Source: the human T2T-CHM13v2.0 reference genome, Homo sapiens
Length of the DNA: 64,000 nt
Reading direction: 5' to 3' (one strand)
Assembly (NCBI RefSeq): GCF_009914755.1
Contig: NC_060936.1
Part shown: positions 29,036 to 43,394 of the stretch, piece by piece
Layout: every line of letters starts with the position of its first letter
How positions within the stretch are numbered: the first letter of the stretch is position 1
Program-made: the position numbers and the translations under genes
Notes under the pieces: generated by a model
The model's input: only the letters and a program-made list of their open reading frames with translations
Database searches by the model: none
Told to the model about the DNA's origin: nothing

Positions 29036-29418
29036 CTAAATGAAAAAAAAGATTCCCTCAAAACTTCATAGCTATTAGTCTATCTTACTGCTACTCTGAA
29101 TTTTAATGCCCTACTTATATGATCTTGAAATAAAAAAGAAAAGATATCAATTATTTTCTCTCCTATGGTAATAATACAGTGGCAATTAGTAGTAGTAAAA
29201 CAAATCATTGTCAACCGAGTCTACAAATTACCTATGTTCACAAAACCAAGCTAAACAAAAACAGAACCATGAAACATAAAATTGCTGTATCTGCAAGCTT
29301 ACTTTAAGGGACATATACATGGCACTTTAACAAATGAAGTTTCTAAAAATGCTAAACATTTCAATTAATATAGGTCTCCATTGCTCTTGCTCAATTAAAT
29401 AGCAGTGAATATTATATA

Positions 29419-32400
29419 CGGAGGCTGAGCAAGATAACAGAATACAAGCCTAAACCACTCATCTCTCCCCCACAGGCACACCAAATTTTAACTACTATAT
29501 GCACGCGCACACACACACACACAAGTGTCACATGAACCAAAAATCATGAGAGCAATCACACTACCTGGTTTTAACTTTATATTGCTAAAAGAGGCATTGA
29601 AGAAGGTAGAAGAGACAAGCTTGAATCATTGATGCCGTAACTCCCCCATCCCTCAGCAGTGGCCTTCCAAAAGAGAAAGTCTGTGCACTTGGGGGAGGAA
29701 GAACGCAGCGGCTGGGGGCCTTTACATTGAATTCAGTGCTGCCTTGTCACAGTGGAGAGCAAGGCTGTACTGGGTTCAGCCAGTACCCTTGTACAGTGTG
29801 AGCATTTGGATCAGACCTAGCCAGAGGTAAATCACTCATCCCAGTGGCTGGACCTTGAGTTTTTTAGCAGGCCTCACTATTGAGGGCTGAAGTGCTCTGG
29901 GGTCCCAGATAAACTTGAAACTCAGTCTAGAATACAAGGAATGCTGGGCTGGGCTCAGAACCAGTGGAATAGGGTGGCACATGACCTAGAGAGTTACCCA
30001 CAGGGGTGGCTAAGAGAGTGCTTACACCATTCCTCTCCCAACCTCAGGGAGCATAGTTCCCAGCAACAGAAGTGACTCCTTTCTTCTGTTTAAGGAGAGG
30101 AGAGCAAAGAGTAAAGAGGACTTTGTCTTGCATGTTGGATACCAGCTCAGCCACAGTAGGATAGGGCACTGGGTAGAGTTTTAAGGCCCCAGTTCCAAGT
30201 CCTAGCCCATGACGGACATTTGTAGATAAATTCTGGACCAAAAGTGAACCCACTGCCTTGAAGGGAATGACCCTGTCCTGGCAGAATTCATCACCTGCTC
30301 ACTAGAGAACCCTTGGATCCTGAATAACCAGCGGTGATTCCCAAGTAGTATGCCATGGGCCTTGGGCTTTGTGTGCTGACTTCATTCAGGTGTGACCCAG
30401 CACATTTCTAGCTATGGTGACTATGGTGAAAGACCTCTTCTGTTTGAGAAAAGCAGAGGAAATCATAAAGTGAACTTTGTCTTGCCCTTTAGGTACCAGC
30501 TCAACCACAGTTAGGTAGAGCAACAAGGAAGCCCCTGGGGAACCTGAGTCCAGGCTTAAGCTCTTGGACAGCATTTCTGGACCTACCCTGGGCCAGAGGG
30601 GAGCCCACTGCCCTGAAGGGTGAATCCTAGGCCTGGCAGCATTCACCACAAACCGGTGGAAGAGCCCTTGGGCTTTAAGTGAACAGCAGTGGTGGCCTGG
30701 CAGAAACCTCTGTGGGCATGGTGTGATGGAGGCAACATGGAGAGGCACCTCTGCCTGTAGAAAAGGGAGGGAAGAGTGGGAAGAACTTCATATTTTGGTT
30801 TGAGTGCCAACTTAGCTGCAGTAGAATAGAACATCAGGTATATTTCTAAGGTTTTTTTTTTACTCCAATTCCTGGCTCCCAGACAGCATCTCTGGAATTG
30901 ACCAGGACCTGTGGCAGCTCACCACTTTGAAAGGAAGTAAACATACCAGGTTGGCTTCACCATCTGCTGATTGTAGAGGCCCAGGGTCTTGAGTGAACAT
31001 AGGTGGTAGTCTGCTGGTTGTTACAGAGGGCCTTGGGAGCGACCCAGTGCTATGCAGCCTTCAGGTCTGATCCAGCACGGTCCCAGTAATGGTGGAAGCA
31101 GAGGTGCTTCCATCACCACACCCCTAGTTCCAGGCAGCTGATCACAAAGAGCGACTGTGAGAAAGTAAGGAAAAAGAGCAAGAGTCTCTGCCTGATTCCC
31201 AGATAATTTCTCTGGATTTTTTCCAAGACCATCGAGGTAGTACCTCAATGAGTCTGCAAAAACCACAGTGATATTAGGTTCGGGGCCAAAGACTCCTCAA
31301 ATACCTGGAAAACCTTCTCAAGAATAATGGACTAAAACAAGCCCAGAATGAAAGACTACAATCAATACTTAACTCATCAATGCCCAGACACCAATGAACA
31401 TCTATAGCATCAACACCATACAGGATAACATGCCCTCACCAAATGAACTAAATAAGGCACTAGGGGCCAGTCCTGGAGAAACGGAGATATGTGATCCTAC
31501 AGATAGAGAATTCAAAATAGCTGTTTTGAGGAAACTCAAATTCAAGATAACACAAAGAAGAAATTCAGAATTCTATCAGATAAATTTAACAAAGATACTA
31601 AAATAATTTAAAAGAACTAGACAGACATTCTTGAGTTGAAAAAGGCAAATAACATACTGAAGAATGCATGAGTCTCTTAATAGCAGAACTGATCCAGCAG
31701 AAGAAAGAATTAGTGAGCTTGAAGATAGACTATTTGAAAATACAGTCCAAGAAGACAAAAGCAAGAAATTAAAAAGAATAAAGCAAGCATGCCTATGAGA
31801 TCTAGAAAATAGACTCAAAATGGCAAATCTAAGAGTTATTGGCCTTAAAGAGGAGGTAGAGAAAGAGATAGGGGTAGAATGTTTATTTAAAGGGATAATA
31901 TCAGAGAATTTCCCTAACCTAGAGAAATATATAGATATTCAAGTACAAGAAGGTTAGAGAACACCTATCAGATTTAACCCAAAGAAGACTTCCTCAAGGC
32001 ATTTAATAATCAAGCTCTCAAAGATCAAGGGTAAAGAAAGAATTATAAGAGCAGATGGGGAAAAGAAACAAATAACATATAAAGGAGCTCCAATACATCT
32101 GGTGGCTGACTTTTCAGTGGAAACCTCACAGGCCACGAAAAAGTGGCATGACGTATTTAAAGTGCTGAAGGAAAAAAAAAAAAAAACCCTTTTACCCTAG
32201 AATACTATATCCAGTGAAATATCTTTCAAGCATGAAGGAGGAATAAATACCTTCCCAGACAAAAATAAGGTAAGGGTTCATCAACACCAGACCTTCCTAC
32301 AAGAAATGCTAAAGGTAGTTTTTTAACCTGAAAGACAAGGATGTTAAGGAGTAAGAAGATATCATCTAAAAGTACAAAACTCAGTGGTAGTGGTAAACAC

Positions 32401-35400
32401 ACAAAAAAGTATAGAATATTATAACACTGTAATTGTGGTATGTATGTACTTCTACCCTAAATTAAAAGACTAAATGATAAATCAAAAATAATAACTACAA
32501 CAATTTTTCAAGACATAGAGCATATAATAAAACATAAAGAGAAACAGCAGTTAAAAAGTGAGGGAATGAAATTAAAGTATAAAGTTTTTATTAGTTTTCT
32601 TTTGCATGTTTATTTGTTTTTGCAATCAGTATGAAGTTGTCATCCATTAAAAATCATGGCTTATAAGATAGTATTTGCCAGCCTCATGGTAACCTCAAAT
32701 AAAAAACATACAATGGATACACAAAAAATGAAAAACAAGAAATTAAATCATATCACCAGAGAAAATCACCTCCACTAAAAGGAAGACAGTGAGTAAGGAA
32801 AAAAAGAATAGCACAAAACAACCACAAAACAAATAAAATGGCAAAAGTAAGTTCCTACTATCAATAATAATACTGTAGGTGAACTAAACTCACCAATCAA
32901 AAGATATAGAGTGGTTGAATGGATGAAAAAGTAAGACCTCATGATCTTTCACCTACAAGAAACACACTTCACCTATAAAGATACACATTGGCTGAAAATA
33001 AAGAGCTGGAAAAAGATTTTCCAGGTCAGTGGAAAGCAAAAAAAAGCAGGAGTAGCTATATTTATATCACACAAAATATATTAAAAAACTGTGAGAAGAG
33101 ACAAAGAAGGTCACTATATTATGATGAAGGGGTTAATCCAGCAAGAGGATATAATGATTATAAATATATATACACTAAACACGAGAGCACTCAAATATAT
33201 TAGGCAAATATTATTAGAAGTAAAGAAAAAGATATACCCCAATACAATAATAGCTGGAGACCTCAACTTCCCATTTTCAGCATTGGACAGATCTCTGAGA
33301 TGGAAAATCACAGAGAAATATCAAACTTATCTGTACTGTAGAATAAATGTACCTAATAGATATTTACAATATATTTTATCCAATGGATGCAGAATACACA
33401 TTATTCCCCTATGTACGTGGATCATTCTTAAGGGTAGACTACATGTTAAGTCACAAAACAAGTCTTAAAACATTCAAAAAATTGAAATTATATCAAATAT
33501 CTTGTCTGATCACAATTGAATATAACTAGAAATAAATAATAAGATGAATTTTGAAAACTATATAAACACATGAAAATTAAACAATATGCTCCTGAATGAC
33601 CAGTGGGTCAATGAAGATATTAAGAATAAAATTGGAAATTTTTTTGAAATAGATGATAATGGAAACACAACATACCCATACCTATAGGATACAGCAAAGC
33701 AGTTCTAAGAGGAAAATTAGTAGCTATAAGTGCCTACATAAAAAAAAAAAGAAAAACCTCAAGTAAATTACCTAATAATGCATCTTTCAGATCTCGAAAA
33801 TCAAGCACAAATTGAACACAAAATTAGTAGAAGAAAGGAAATAATAATTATCAGAGAAGAAATAAATGAAGAAAACAGTATAAAAGATGAATGAAACAAA
33901 GTTGTTTTTTTTTTTTTGAAAAGACAAAATTGACAAATCTTTAGCCAGACTAATGAAGAAAAAAGGGAGAAGACAAAAATAAATCAGAGGTGAAAAAAGT
34001 GAGATATTACAACTAATGCCCCAGAAAGTCAAAGGCTTATTGGTTGCTACTGTAAGCAACTATATGCCAATAAAATGGAAAATCTTGAGAAAATGCATTC
34101 TTAGATATATACAATCAACCAAGATTAAACTATGAAGAAATCCATGCCTGAACAGACCAAAAATAAGTAATAAGATCAAAGCTGTAATAAAAAGTCTCCC
34201 AGTAAAGAAACACCCAGGACCATATGGCTTCACTGCTGAATTCTACCAAGTTTTTCTTTAAAGAAGAGCTAATACCAATCCTACTTAAGCTGTTGTGAAA
34301 AATAAAGGGGAACACTTCTAAATTAATTCTGCAAGGCCAGTATTACCCTCATACCAAAGCCAGGCAAAGACATATCAATAAGAAAAGGAGAACTGCTGGC
34401 CAATATCTCTGATGAAAATTGATGCAAAAATCCTCAACAAAGTACTAACAAAGCAAATTCCACAATACATTAAAAAGATCATTCTTAATCAGTCAAGTGG
34501 GATCTATCCAAAGCAGACAAGGAGGGTTCAATAGACACAAATTTATCAATATGGTATATTGTGTAAACAGAATGAAGAACAAAAGCCATATAATCATTAC
34601 AATTGATGCTGAAAAAGCATTTGATAAAATTCAACATTCCTTCTTGATAAAAACCCTAAAAAATCTGGGCATAGAAGAAAAATACCACAACATAATAAAA
34701 GTTATAGATGACACACCCACAGCTACTATCACGCTGAATGGAGAAAACCTGAAAGCCTTTCCTCTAAGATCTTCAATATGACAAGAATACCCACTGTTAC
34801 CACTGTTATTCAACATAGTACTGGAAGTCCTAGCTAGAGCAGTCAGACAAGATAAAGATAAAAAGTGCACCAAATTTGAAAACAAGTCAAATTATCCTTG
34901 TTTGCAGATAATATAATCTTATATTTGTAAATATCTAAAGACTCCACCAAAACACTATTAGAACTGATAAGTAAAGTAGCAAGATAAAAAATCAGTAGTA
35001 TTTTTATATGCCAACAGGAAACACTATGACAAAGAAATAAAAAGTAATCCCATTTGCAACTGCAAGAAATAAACTACCCAAGAATTAACCTAACCAAATA
35101 AACAAAAGATCTCTACAATGAAAACTACAAAACAATGATGAAGAAAATGGAAAAGGAAGCAAAAAAAGAAAAGTTATTTCATATTCATTGTTGGAATAAT
35201 CAATATTGTTACAATGTCCATACTACTCAAAGCAATCCACAGATTCAACACAATCTCTATCAAAATACCAATGACATTCTTCACAGAAATAGAAAAAAAA
35301 TCCTAAAATTTATATGGAACCAAAAAAGACCCAGAATAACTAGAGCTATCCTCAGTAAAAAGAACAAAACTGAGTGGATCACATGACCTGACTTCAAATT

Positions 35401-36580
35401 ATACTACAGAGCTATATAACCAAAACAACATGGTACTGGCATAAAAACAGACACATATACTGATGAGATACAATAGAGAACTCAGAAACACATCCACACC
35501 ACCTATAGTAAACTCATTTTCAACAAAGGTGCCAAGAATATACATTGGGGAACAAACAGTCTCTTCAGTAAATCATGCTGGGAGAACTGAATATCCATAT
35601 GCAAAATAATGACTCTAGACCCCTATCTTTCACCATATACAAAAATTAAATGAAAATGGATTGAAGTCTTGAATCTAAGAACTCAGACTATGAAACTACT
35701 ACAAGAAAACTTTGGAGAAACTCTCCAGGACATGGATCTGGGCAAAGATTTCTTGAGTAATAGCCTATAAGCACAGGTAGCCAAAGCAAAAAAGGACAAA
35801 TGGGATCATATCAAGTTAAAAAGCTTCTGCACAGCAAAGGAAATAATCAACAAAGTGAAGCGACAACCCACAGAATGGGAGAAAATATTTGCAAGCTATG
35901 CATCTGACAAGGGATTAATAACCAGAATATATAATGAGGTCAAATAACTCTATAGGAATAACATCTAATAATATTTCTCAAAAGAAGACCCACAAATGGC
36001 AAATGGGTATATGAAAAGTTTCTCAACATCATTGCTCATCAGAGAAATGCAAATCAAAACTACAATGAGATACCCCACTCCACTTTAAATAGCTTCTATC
36101 CAAAAGGCAGGGAATATAGCAAGGATGTAGAGAAAAGGGAACCCTCATACACTTTTGATGAGAATGCAAATTGGTACAGCCACTATGGAGAATAGTTTGA
36201 ACGTTCTTCAAAATATGAAAAATAGAGCTACCAAACAATCCAGCAATCTCACTGCTGGGTGTATATCCAAAGAAAGGAAATCAGTATATCAAAGAAATAT
36301 CTGCACTCCCATGTTTATTGTAGCCCTGTTTATAATAACATGATTTGGAAGCAGAACAGATTCATAAACAGATGAACGGATAAAGAAAATGTAGTACACA
36401 ATGGAGTGTTATTTAGCCGTAGAAAAAGAGACCTTGTCATTGCAACAATATTGATGAAGCTGGAGGTCAGTATGTTACATGAAATAAGCCAAGCACAGAA
36501 AGACAAAGATTGCAGGTTCTCACTTATTTGTGGATTCTGAAATATCAAAACAGTTGAATTCATGGAAATTGACAGTATAA
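29419..36580 (+). mobile_element. Near-full-length ancient L1 (L1M1/L1M2-type 5' end, L1MA2/3-like 3' end), dead
   Basis: 5' start ggaggctgagcaagat; repeated 5' UTR units; ORF1 remnants about 31380-32340; ORF2 from about 32838 with endonuclease (IIAGDLNFP) and RT (IDAEKAFDKIQH) motifs; many stops and frameshifts; 3' UTR truncated. Confidence 0.93.
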
Positions 36581-37177
36581 TTGATATAAAGTTTTAGATT
36601 TAAAACACATTGTTACCTATGACCTAGAAATTGATATCAGAAAATTTTCCTTTTCAGTATCTACATACCATAAAATTCTTAGAAATACATTTCTAAGAAT
36701 TATTTAAAACAAATGAAAAACTATAAAATCTTAATGAAATAAATATGTATGATCAAAATAAGTTGTATACCATATAACTGTAATTTGATTGATATATTAA
36801 CTATTTAATTCTAAATTAGTATAGCTCCAATTTCAATTGAAAAATAGGAACAAGCTAAACAATCTATGAAGTCATAATTTTTCTTCATCCCCTTAGAGAG
36901 CGTAGTTGGCAAGCAAACAAAAGAAGTGAATTCCAGTGGCCCAATTCTGCAATGAGAAACACAATACACAAACCATTTTATCTTTTGCAAAGCCAGGAGA
37001 AAGAAGTGACCATCTTAAAAGAGGGTAAGGAAAAGGAACTTGAATTTTAACAAATTCTTATGGGCTAAGTGTGAGCAGTAATGGTTTAGAACAATTGGGA
37101 GACCCAGATTGTGTAGAATAATTGGGTGACCCAGATTGGGTCTGCACCCACTTTCTGTTCTTTTCTCTTTAAAGAGA

Positions 37178-37342
37178 AATATTTTTAATTGTGGTAAGAA
37201 CACTTAACATGAGTCCTACCCTCTTAATAACATTTAAATGCATGACACAGTATGGTTAGCTATAGACACAATGTTGCAAAGCAGATCTCTAGAACTTGTT
37301 CATCTTCTATAACAGAAACTTTATTCCTGTTGAACAGCACTC
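37178..37342 (-). mobile_element. L1MA/L1MB 3' terminal fragment
   Basis: gtggtaagaacacttaacatgag...gcagatctctagaacttgttcatc. Confidence 0.75.
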
Positions 37343-37479
37343 ACTTTCAAGCTGATTTCCATAGACTAGTACCAGGTACTGCTGAACAAGATTGGAGGCA
37401 GAGCAAGAGACCAAAGAGAAGCCCCAACGGTGGAGTCGACGTGCAAGTAGGTATTGGCTGCCAATGAGAAAAAACCTGG

Positions 37480-40400
37480 CCCACTTTCCTGGACTCTTGT
37501 TTCATACAAATGAAAATCTCTAAAGTGATGGAGGACTAGAAAATCTTCTACTGCTTAGGACTAGGTGAAGATTCATTCCCAAGGGAAGGCAGAATCAAAA
37601 CATTCCACCACTAGGAAAAGGGTGGGAAATATTATTGCCCCAAATCCTAGGCAAAATCCACCATTCCTAAGGGAGAGAAAGAAGCAAAAATCATATACTT
37701 TTTGGATTACATGGAAGATCATCAGAATATCCCTTGGGCCCAGGGTCCTGATAATAAAAGGTATGTTCCATCTGGGTAGTAACAGAAAACAATGTTCTTC
37801 CCAAAAGCTCATAGATGTAAGAAAAGATTTGAAAGGCTCAGGCACAGAGGACCTGCTGAAGATTGAAGCTGGAATAGAACTGAGAAATCCTGTTCCCCTA
37901 CCATGAGTCTACCACTGAGTAACTGGAAGCATCAGTTCACCACTAGGGACCTGCAAAAGCATGAGGAGACTATCTCTTTGTCACAGGTGACAGGGGACAG
38001 CTGGAAGCCTAGAGTGGAGCTGGAAACCCTCTAGTACCTTGGACCCCACACAACACTCAAAATAACAGCAGACCACCAACGACATAAATTGAAGCCTGCG
38101 TTGGAAAAAGGATTTGAGGTTTAGACCTACTTAAGTGTTCCCAAAAGTTATTAAATCCCGGATTCCTAGGTTATGAAGATCTGTAAATGCCTCCGGGACA
38201 AACATAGATTGAGCTTAGCTAGCACTGAAGTTTTCTGTTTCCACATTATTTTTGTTCATGGGTTGGCAGTAACAATTTGGTCTTACTTTTTTTGAAAACT
38301 AAGGTTTGGACCTACATAAATTATGAGTTAGAACTAGGACTCCTATATAAAGATATGACTCCTAAAGAGCCACAACTTCTATAAAAATAAACATAAAATC
38401 TGAATACAAAGGAAGATAGCATTTTCCCAAAAATTCTTATGAGAATTCATAAGTAAAGCCTGGCTCTCTTAAGATATTTTCACTGGGATTTACATTATCT
38501 GTAAGGGCAAGAAAATAAAGCCCCTCACAACAAAAGTTAGCAAAATAAATTGGCTTTTCCTGAATCCAGAGTTATTCATGAGTAGAAGCAATTCAGTTTT
38601 TTAAAAATACGATCTGAAATCAGGCCTTTCAAAATTCTAATAGATAAACCCTACGAACCACAAGTTAATAATTTAATGTAAAGCACACAAGAGAAAAGCA
38701 ATTATGAGAGATATTTGAGAGAAATAAATAAAAATCTATCAGCATGGTTTAGATGTATACGGATCTCAGATAATAGAATTATCATATGTATAATATAAAT
38801 ACAATAAAATGGTTAGTTCATATAATCAAAACCTAAGTAATAAAAGCCTATACTATAAAATATTAGGCAACTTTGAAAAGAGCAAATTAGAACTTCTAAA
38901 TATAAAAGTTATATTTAAAGTAAAGCTCAATACAGAAGCAATAGAATAGATGTAGCTGAAGAAGTAAACTGTTTAATAGATCTGATGAAATTTAGAAGAC
39001 AAAAAGTAAACAAAAAATATTATTAGAAATAACAACTGAAGGAACATGAAAAAGGTTCTAGACTCATCTAAATAGCACTTCAGAAGGATAAAGTAGAAGA
39101 AAGAGTAAAGAAATAAGCTAACATATAAAGAGAACTTCCTGGAATTAAAAAAAATCAATAAAATTTAGATATTAAATTATGAACCAAGTTAAGAGAACCT
39201 ACACACACATTCCCTAGACTTGTTGCAATTAAACTAACACCTAATACAAAGGAAAAGTTTTAATATAAATAGGACAGAAATGATAGTCTGATTAGTTAAG
39301 CACTAATAATAGCCTGACACCAGACTTATCAATGGCAAAAGAGATGCCTGAAAAAAGTATAATGTTACTTTTCAAAATATTAAGAAAAAATACCTTTCAC
39401 AAGAGTACTTTAATTAGAAAGGCTGACTGTTTAGCACCAAAGAAAAATGAAAGCATTTCAGGCAAATGCATTTTCCATACATAAATCTCACCAAAGAAAT
39501 TTCTAAACCTACTGGAAAAGGAAAAATATAATCCCAGAAAAAATTAGTGATTTGCAGGAAGAAATGACAACAAAGAAATTGATAAATATGCTATAATGAA
39601 ATGAACATTGAATTGATAATACATTGATAGAATTGTTAAAATGTGAAAATTGAAAACAAATGGACAAAAATATTGAACTGGCATTAAATATTAATGAAAA
39701 TATTAGTTGACATTAAAATGATTCAAAATTTTTGCATTGTTTTGTAGGTAGAAGTATTTTCATTAGCTTTTTACTTTGTCAGCATACATATAAACATATT
39801 AGTGGTGAGAAAGAGAAGGTACAGCAAATTATATAAATTCTGAACTACACAGAGAAAAAAGGAAGAAATAATTTAAAAGATGACAAGAAAAGAGGAAAAA
39901 GAGAAACAAGCAGCTTAAGTGGAAAGCAGCAAATAATATCTTAGAAATATATCTTTGTCAAGAACTGTGTTAAATGTAAATGGAACAAATTAGCAATTTT
40001 AAAATCAGATTTTAAAATTAGCATTTTATTCAAAATATTTTAAAATTAATGCATTAGTTGACAGCTTTATAATGTATCAGAACAACTGATGAAATAAGAA
40101 ATATTTTACTTTATATGAGGATATACAATTTTTTTAATCATGACTTCAATATTTACTTCTCTTGCAATTGTTACAGGTGTACCCATTCTTGTAGGTTGTA
40201 TTCGTGGGTTGGTGCAAAGGCTTATAGAAACAGCTCTTACCAAAACCTCCCTCAATTCTCCCCCACCCTATTCGGATAAACTCCTACTCTTAGATCAACA
40301 ACAGCAACAACAAATCCAAATTATGTTAGAAAAATTTGAAGGGGAAAAACTATAAAAGCAAGAGGGGGAAAATTGTCAGGAACAGTAAGTTCCTCTTCAA

Positions 40401-41040
40401 ACTTCCTCATTCTTTCTTGTTCTGTAAACAACCCCTCCCGCCTTTCCCACATCCAGACATGCCTTCCCACCTAATTGGTAATGGGCAGTCCCTCCCTTCC
40501 TGCCTAGTTAACCATATTCAATTCAAAGTAGTAGTCAATTGGGTCAGCTTAGATTGCACTGTCCAGCTCCAGCCAACGGAGAGAGGACACAAGAACAGGA
40601 ACTCCTTTAGGGCTAAGAACCCCTGCCCTCCCCTGCTCAGTGTACTCTTGCAGTGGCCTCCGACACAGGCAGCACCCTTCTGCAGAAGTAAAGTTGCCTT
40701 GCTGAGAAAAAAAAAAAAGTATAAGTGACAGAAAAAAGAATAAAGACTTTTTTCCCAAATTTTTGAAAATTAGAGAAGAAATACAAATAATAAACTGTGT
40801 AAAATTGACAAAAGGTTTGCAAACGTTGGCCCTAGCATTTACAGAATACACATGCATCATAAACTCAGATGGAATAGCTTATAAAGCTGACTATGCACTA
40901 GGCCTTAAAAACATATCTTATTATTAAAAAATCTGTAATGTAAAGCTCATGTTCTCTAGAAATAATACAAATTAACAGTTCACAACAAAAAGAAAATCTG
41001 AGAACCTCAAAGATCTGAAAATTAAAAACCAACACATGTA
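37480..41040 (+). mobile_element. Very old L1M (5' region, ORF1, start of ORF2), interrupted by the ERV retrocopy
   Basis: A-rich L1-like sequence: tagaacttctaaatataaaa, ctgacaccagacttatcaa, ttaaatgtaaatgga; boundaries approximate. Confidence 0.55.
40138..40718 (+). mobile_element. ERV1 (HERV-I/HERVIP10-like) env 3' end + PPT + U3-R + poly(A); processed retrocopy
   Basis: ORF 40140-40355 reads as an env TM anchor plus cytoplasmic tail; PPT aaaagcaagagggggaaaa at 40354-40372; LTR starts TG at 40374; AGTAAA at 40687-40692; A12 at 40707-40718; no U5. Confidence 0.8.
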
Positions 41041-41044
41041 TAGA

Positions 41045-41765
41045 AACTACTTCTGGGCAAGACAGAGTAAGAGGGAGTAGATACACAACTAAAAAAGTGG
41101 ACAAAATGCATATATGAAATGAAGACTTTCAAAATTGGATAACATACAGCACAGGACTAATTCCTCAGAGAATGAAAACAAATGAATTTCAGAAGAGTAG
41201 TAGTTTGCTACCTAGAGATCATTTCCAAGTCCCTAGCATAGTGAAAGTAAGCATAATTGCAGCAAGCTCTGCAGATATTAGGAAATTTTTAATTCTTTGA
41301 TTCAGTACTGATAGCCACATGCTTAAGAGGACATGACACAAGCTAGAGAAATAAGTCACTGTAAGTAGTAGGGAAAACAGTTTCAGGAACTCACAGAAAT
41401 CTAGGAAAAATTTGTGTTCTCATGAGCCAGAAGGAGAGATATTGCGATAATGGGGCATGGGAGAAAATCCTAAGAAGAATATCACCTTACTAGTGGTTTA
41501 AATTTTCTCTAGACAGTCATTATACTGCTCTGGACTCACCATAACAAATCTTAACAGAAAGTCTCAAAATAAATCAAATTTCTTGTAATTTAATCATATG
41601 CCAGTATATAAACCAGAACCTAAAATATAAAACTCATCATGGCCTGCATCCAATCAAGAATTATCATGCATGCAAAAATAGGAAAGCATAACCACCATGA
41701 GGAGAAAAATATTGAACTAGCAGACAAGGCTATTAAAGCAGTTATCATAAATATGTCCCATAAAG
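41045..41765 (+). mobile_element. Old L1M (L1MC/MD-like) 5' region fragment
   Basis: ttctgggcaagacagagtaa...catccaatcaagaattatc...gaactagcagacaaggctattaaagcagttat. Confidence 0.5.
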
Positions 41766-42779
41766 ATGTACAGATGACTGAAACAAGTAGAACTAGAAGA
41801 TGATAAAATACGAGGGCATGTAATTCAAGGTAGTTAGAGTATAAGAGGTGAAAGAGTCACCAAACAGAAGGTAGCAAGAGATGCAATGTCATCAAAGGAT
41901 AGTCAAAATTTCAATAAAAATGAAAAAGTCAAGGGAATATTCCAAAAAGTGGTTGAGGACTTAGCTGGTATTGATGATGGTAGTGTGTGAGCTTTAGAGG
42001 CCATAGTAAAAAGGATTCATGGAATCTGCGATGGGTATAAAAATAGGCACAAAATTGGCACGCAGAGGCTAAAAAGGATAAAAGTTACATTCTATATGGA
42101 GTACAAAGGAGGCCTGGTTTTTTGTTAATGACATAAAGATATATAAGGCATGACATAATTAGTCCCAGAGGTCTATTGATAAAAGATTATTAATATTTTT
42201 TATTATAGCCTCCCTCTCACAGTTGGTCTTCTAACCAATTTGCCCTGGTGACAAGGTTATATTCTAGTCCTAGTGGTGGGGATGAGGGATGGAGATGGGG
42301 ATGATGTGTGGGTTTTACCATTGGGAGCATGTGAGCTCCTTCAGCTTCCTTTTCGCTGGATATTGTTGAATCTGGGAGAAGGGCAGTGTTGGGGGAATGA
42401 TGTGGAAATATGTAAACTTATTTTAATTCCTCCTACATGTATTAGTAACTCAAATTTATCTCAAGTAATAATGACTTAGAATATTTTTATTTTAATATTA
42501 GAATAAGGGCTTTAGATTTGAAGATATCTAAGTTTCTTTCCATCTTTTCAATTTTGTGAGACATGCCCACTCATTCCAGTATTTGGACAAAATATTTCTA
42601 CCTAATAACATAATATCGAGGGCAATCTTCATTGGAACAAGGAAATACTAAGATAGAATGTTGATCACATCAATCTTATTTGCTCATGAACTGAGATTTA
42701 AAAGTTTCAGAAAGTCTTTTGCCTATGATAGATAGGTATAGATGCAATCCATTATCCTCCTCAAAATATATTACTTAAT

Positions 42780-43330
42780 TTTTTCTTTATTCATTGATTT
42801 CATAATATTAGTTGAGCACTAACTATGTAGCTATCATTTGACTAGTACTCAGTTACAAATTCAATTACAATCGTGATAAAGAGGAATCATGATAATGACA
42901 AATTGCTTAAGAGTACTGAGGATGACATTGCAGAGAGAGTGATAATTGAGCTTGAAAGTTGAATTAGGTTTCTAAGACATGGACAAAAGTATTTAACACA
43001 GTAGAAAATAGCTGTTAAAAGCAATTGAGATATTAATGAGAATAGCACCTACAGGAAGGTGGAAGACCATTGGCAAAAATCTATTATAACAAAGTATTTG
43101 TTGGTGCATGAAAGGGGCAGAAAGTTATGTTAGGAATGTAGAAAAGTGTGAGACTACATAATACAAAGATTGAATATAATTTCAAAAATTTAGACTTTAT
43201 TCTATACCAATGGGAACTAACAAAATAAAAAGAGAAGATGATATGATCAGAATTGTTTTAATTTAGTTCCATGTAAATTATGAGTTATAAATAATTATAC
43301 TGGAGATATGTTGATGAGTAAAGCAATAGC
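42780..43330 (-). mobile_element. L2 fragment
   Basis: ttcattgatttcataatattagttgagcactaactatg and downstream antisense L2 body. Confidence 0.5.
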
Positions 43331-43394
43331 ATGTTAGGAGAAATATTGACATAAATGGACAGTGACTGTATGATAGAAAGAAAAGGAAGTTAAA

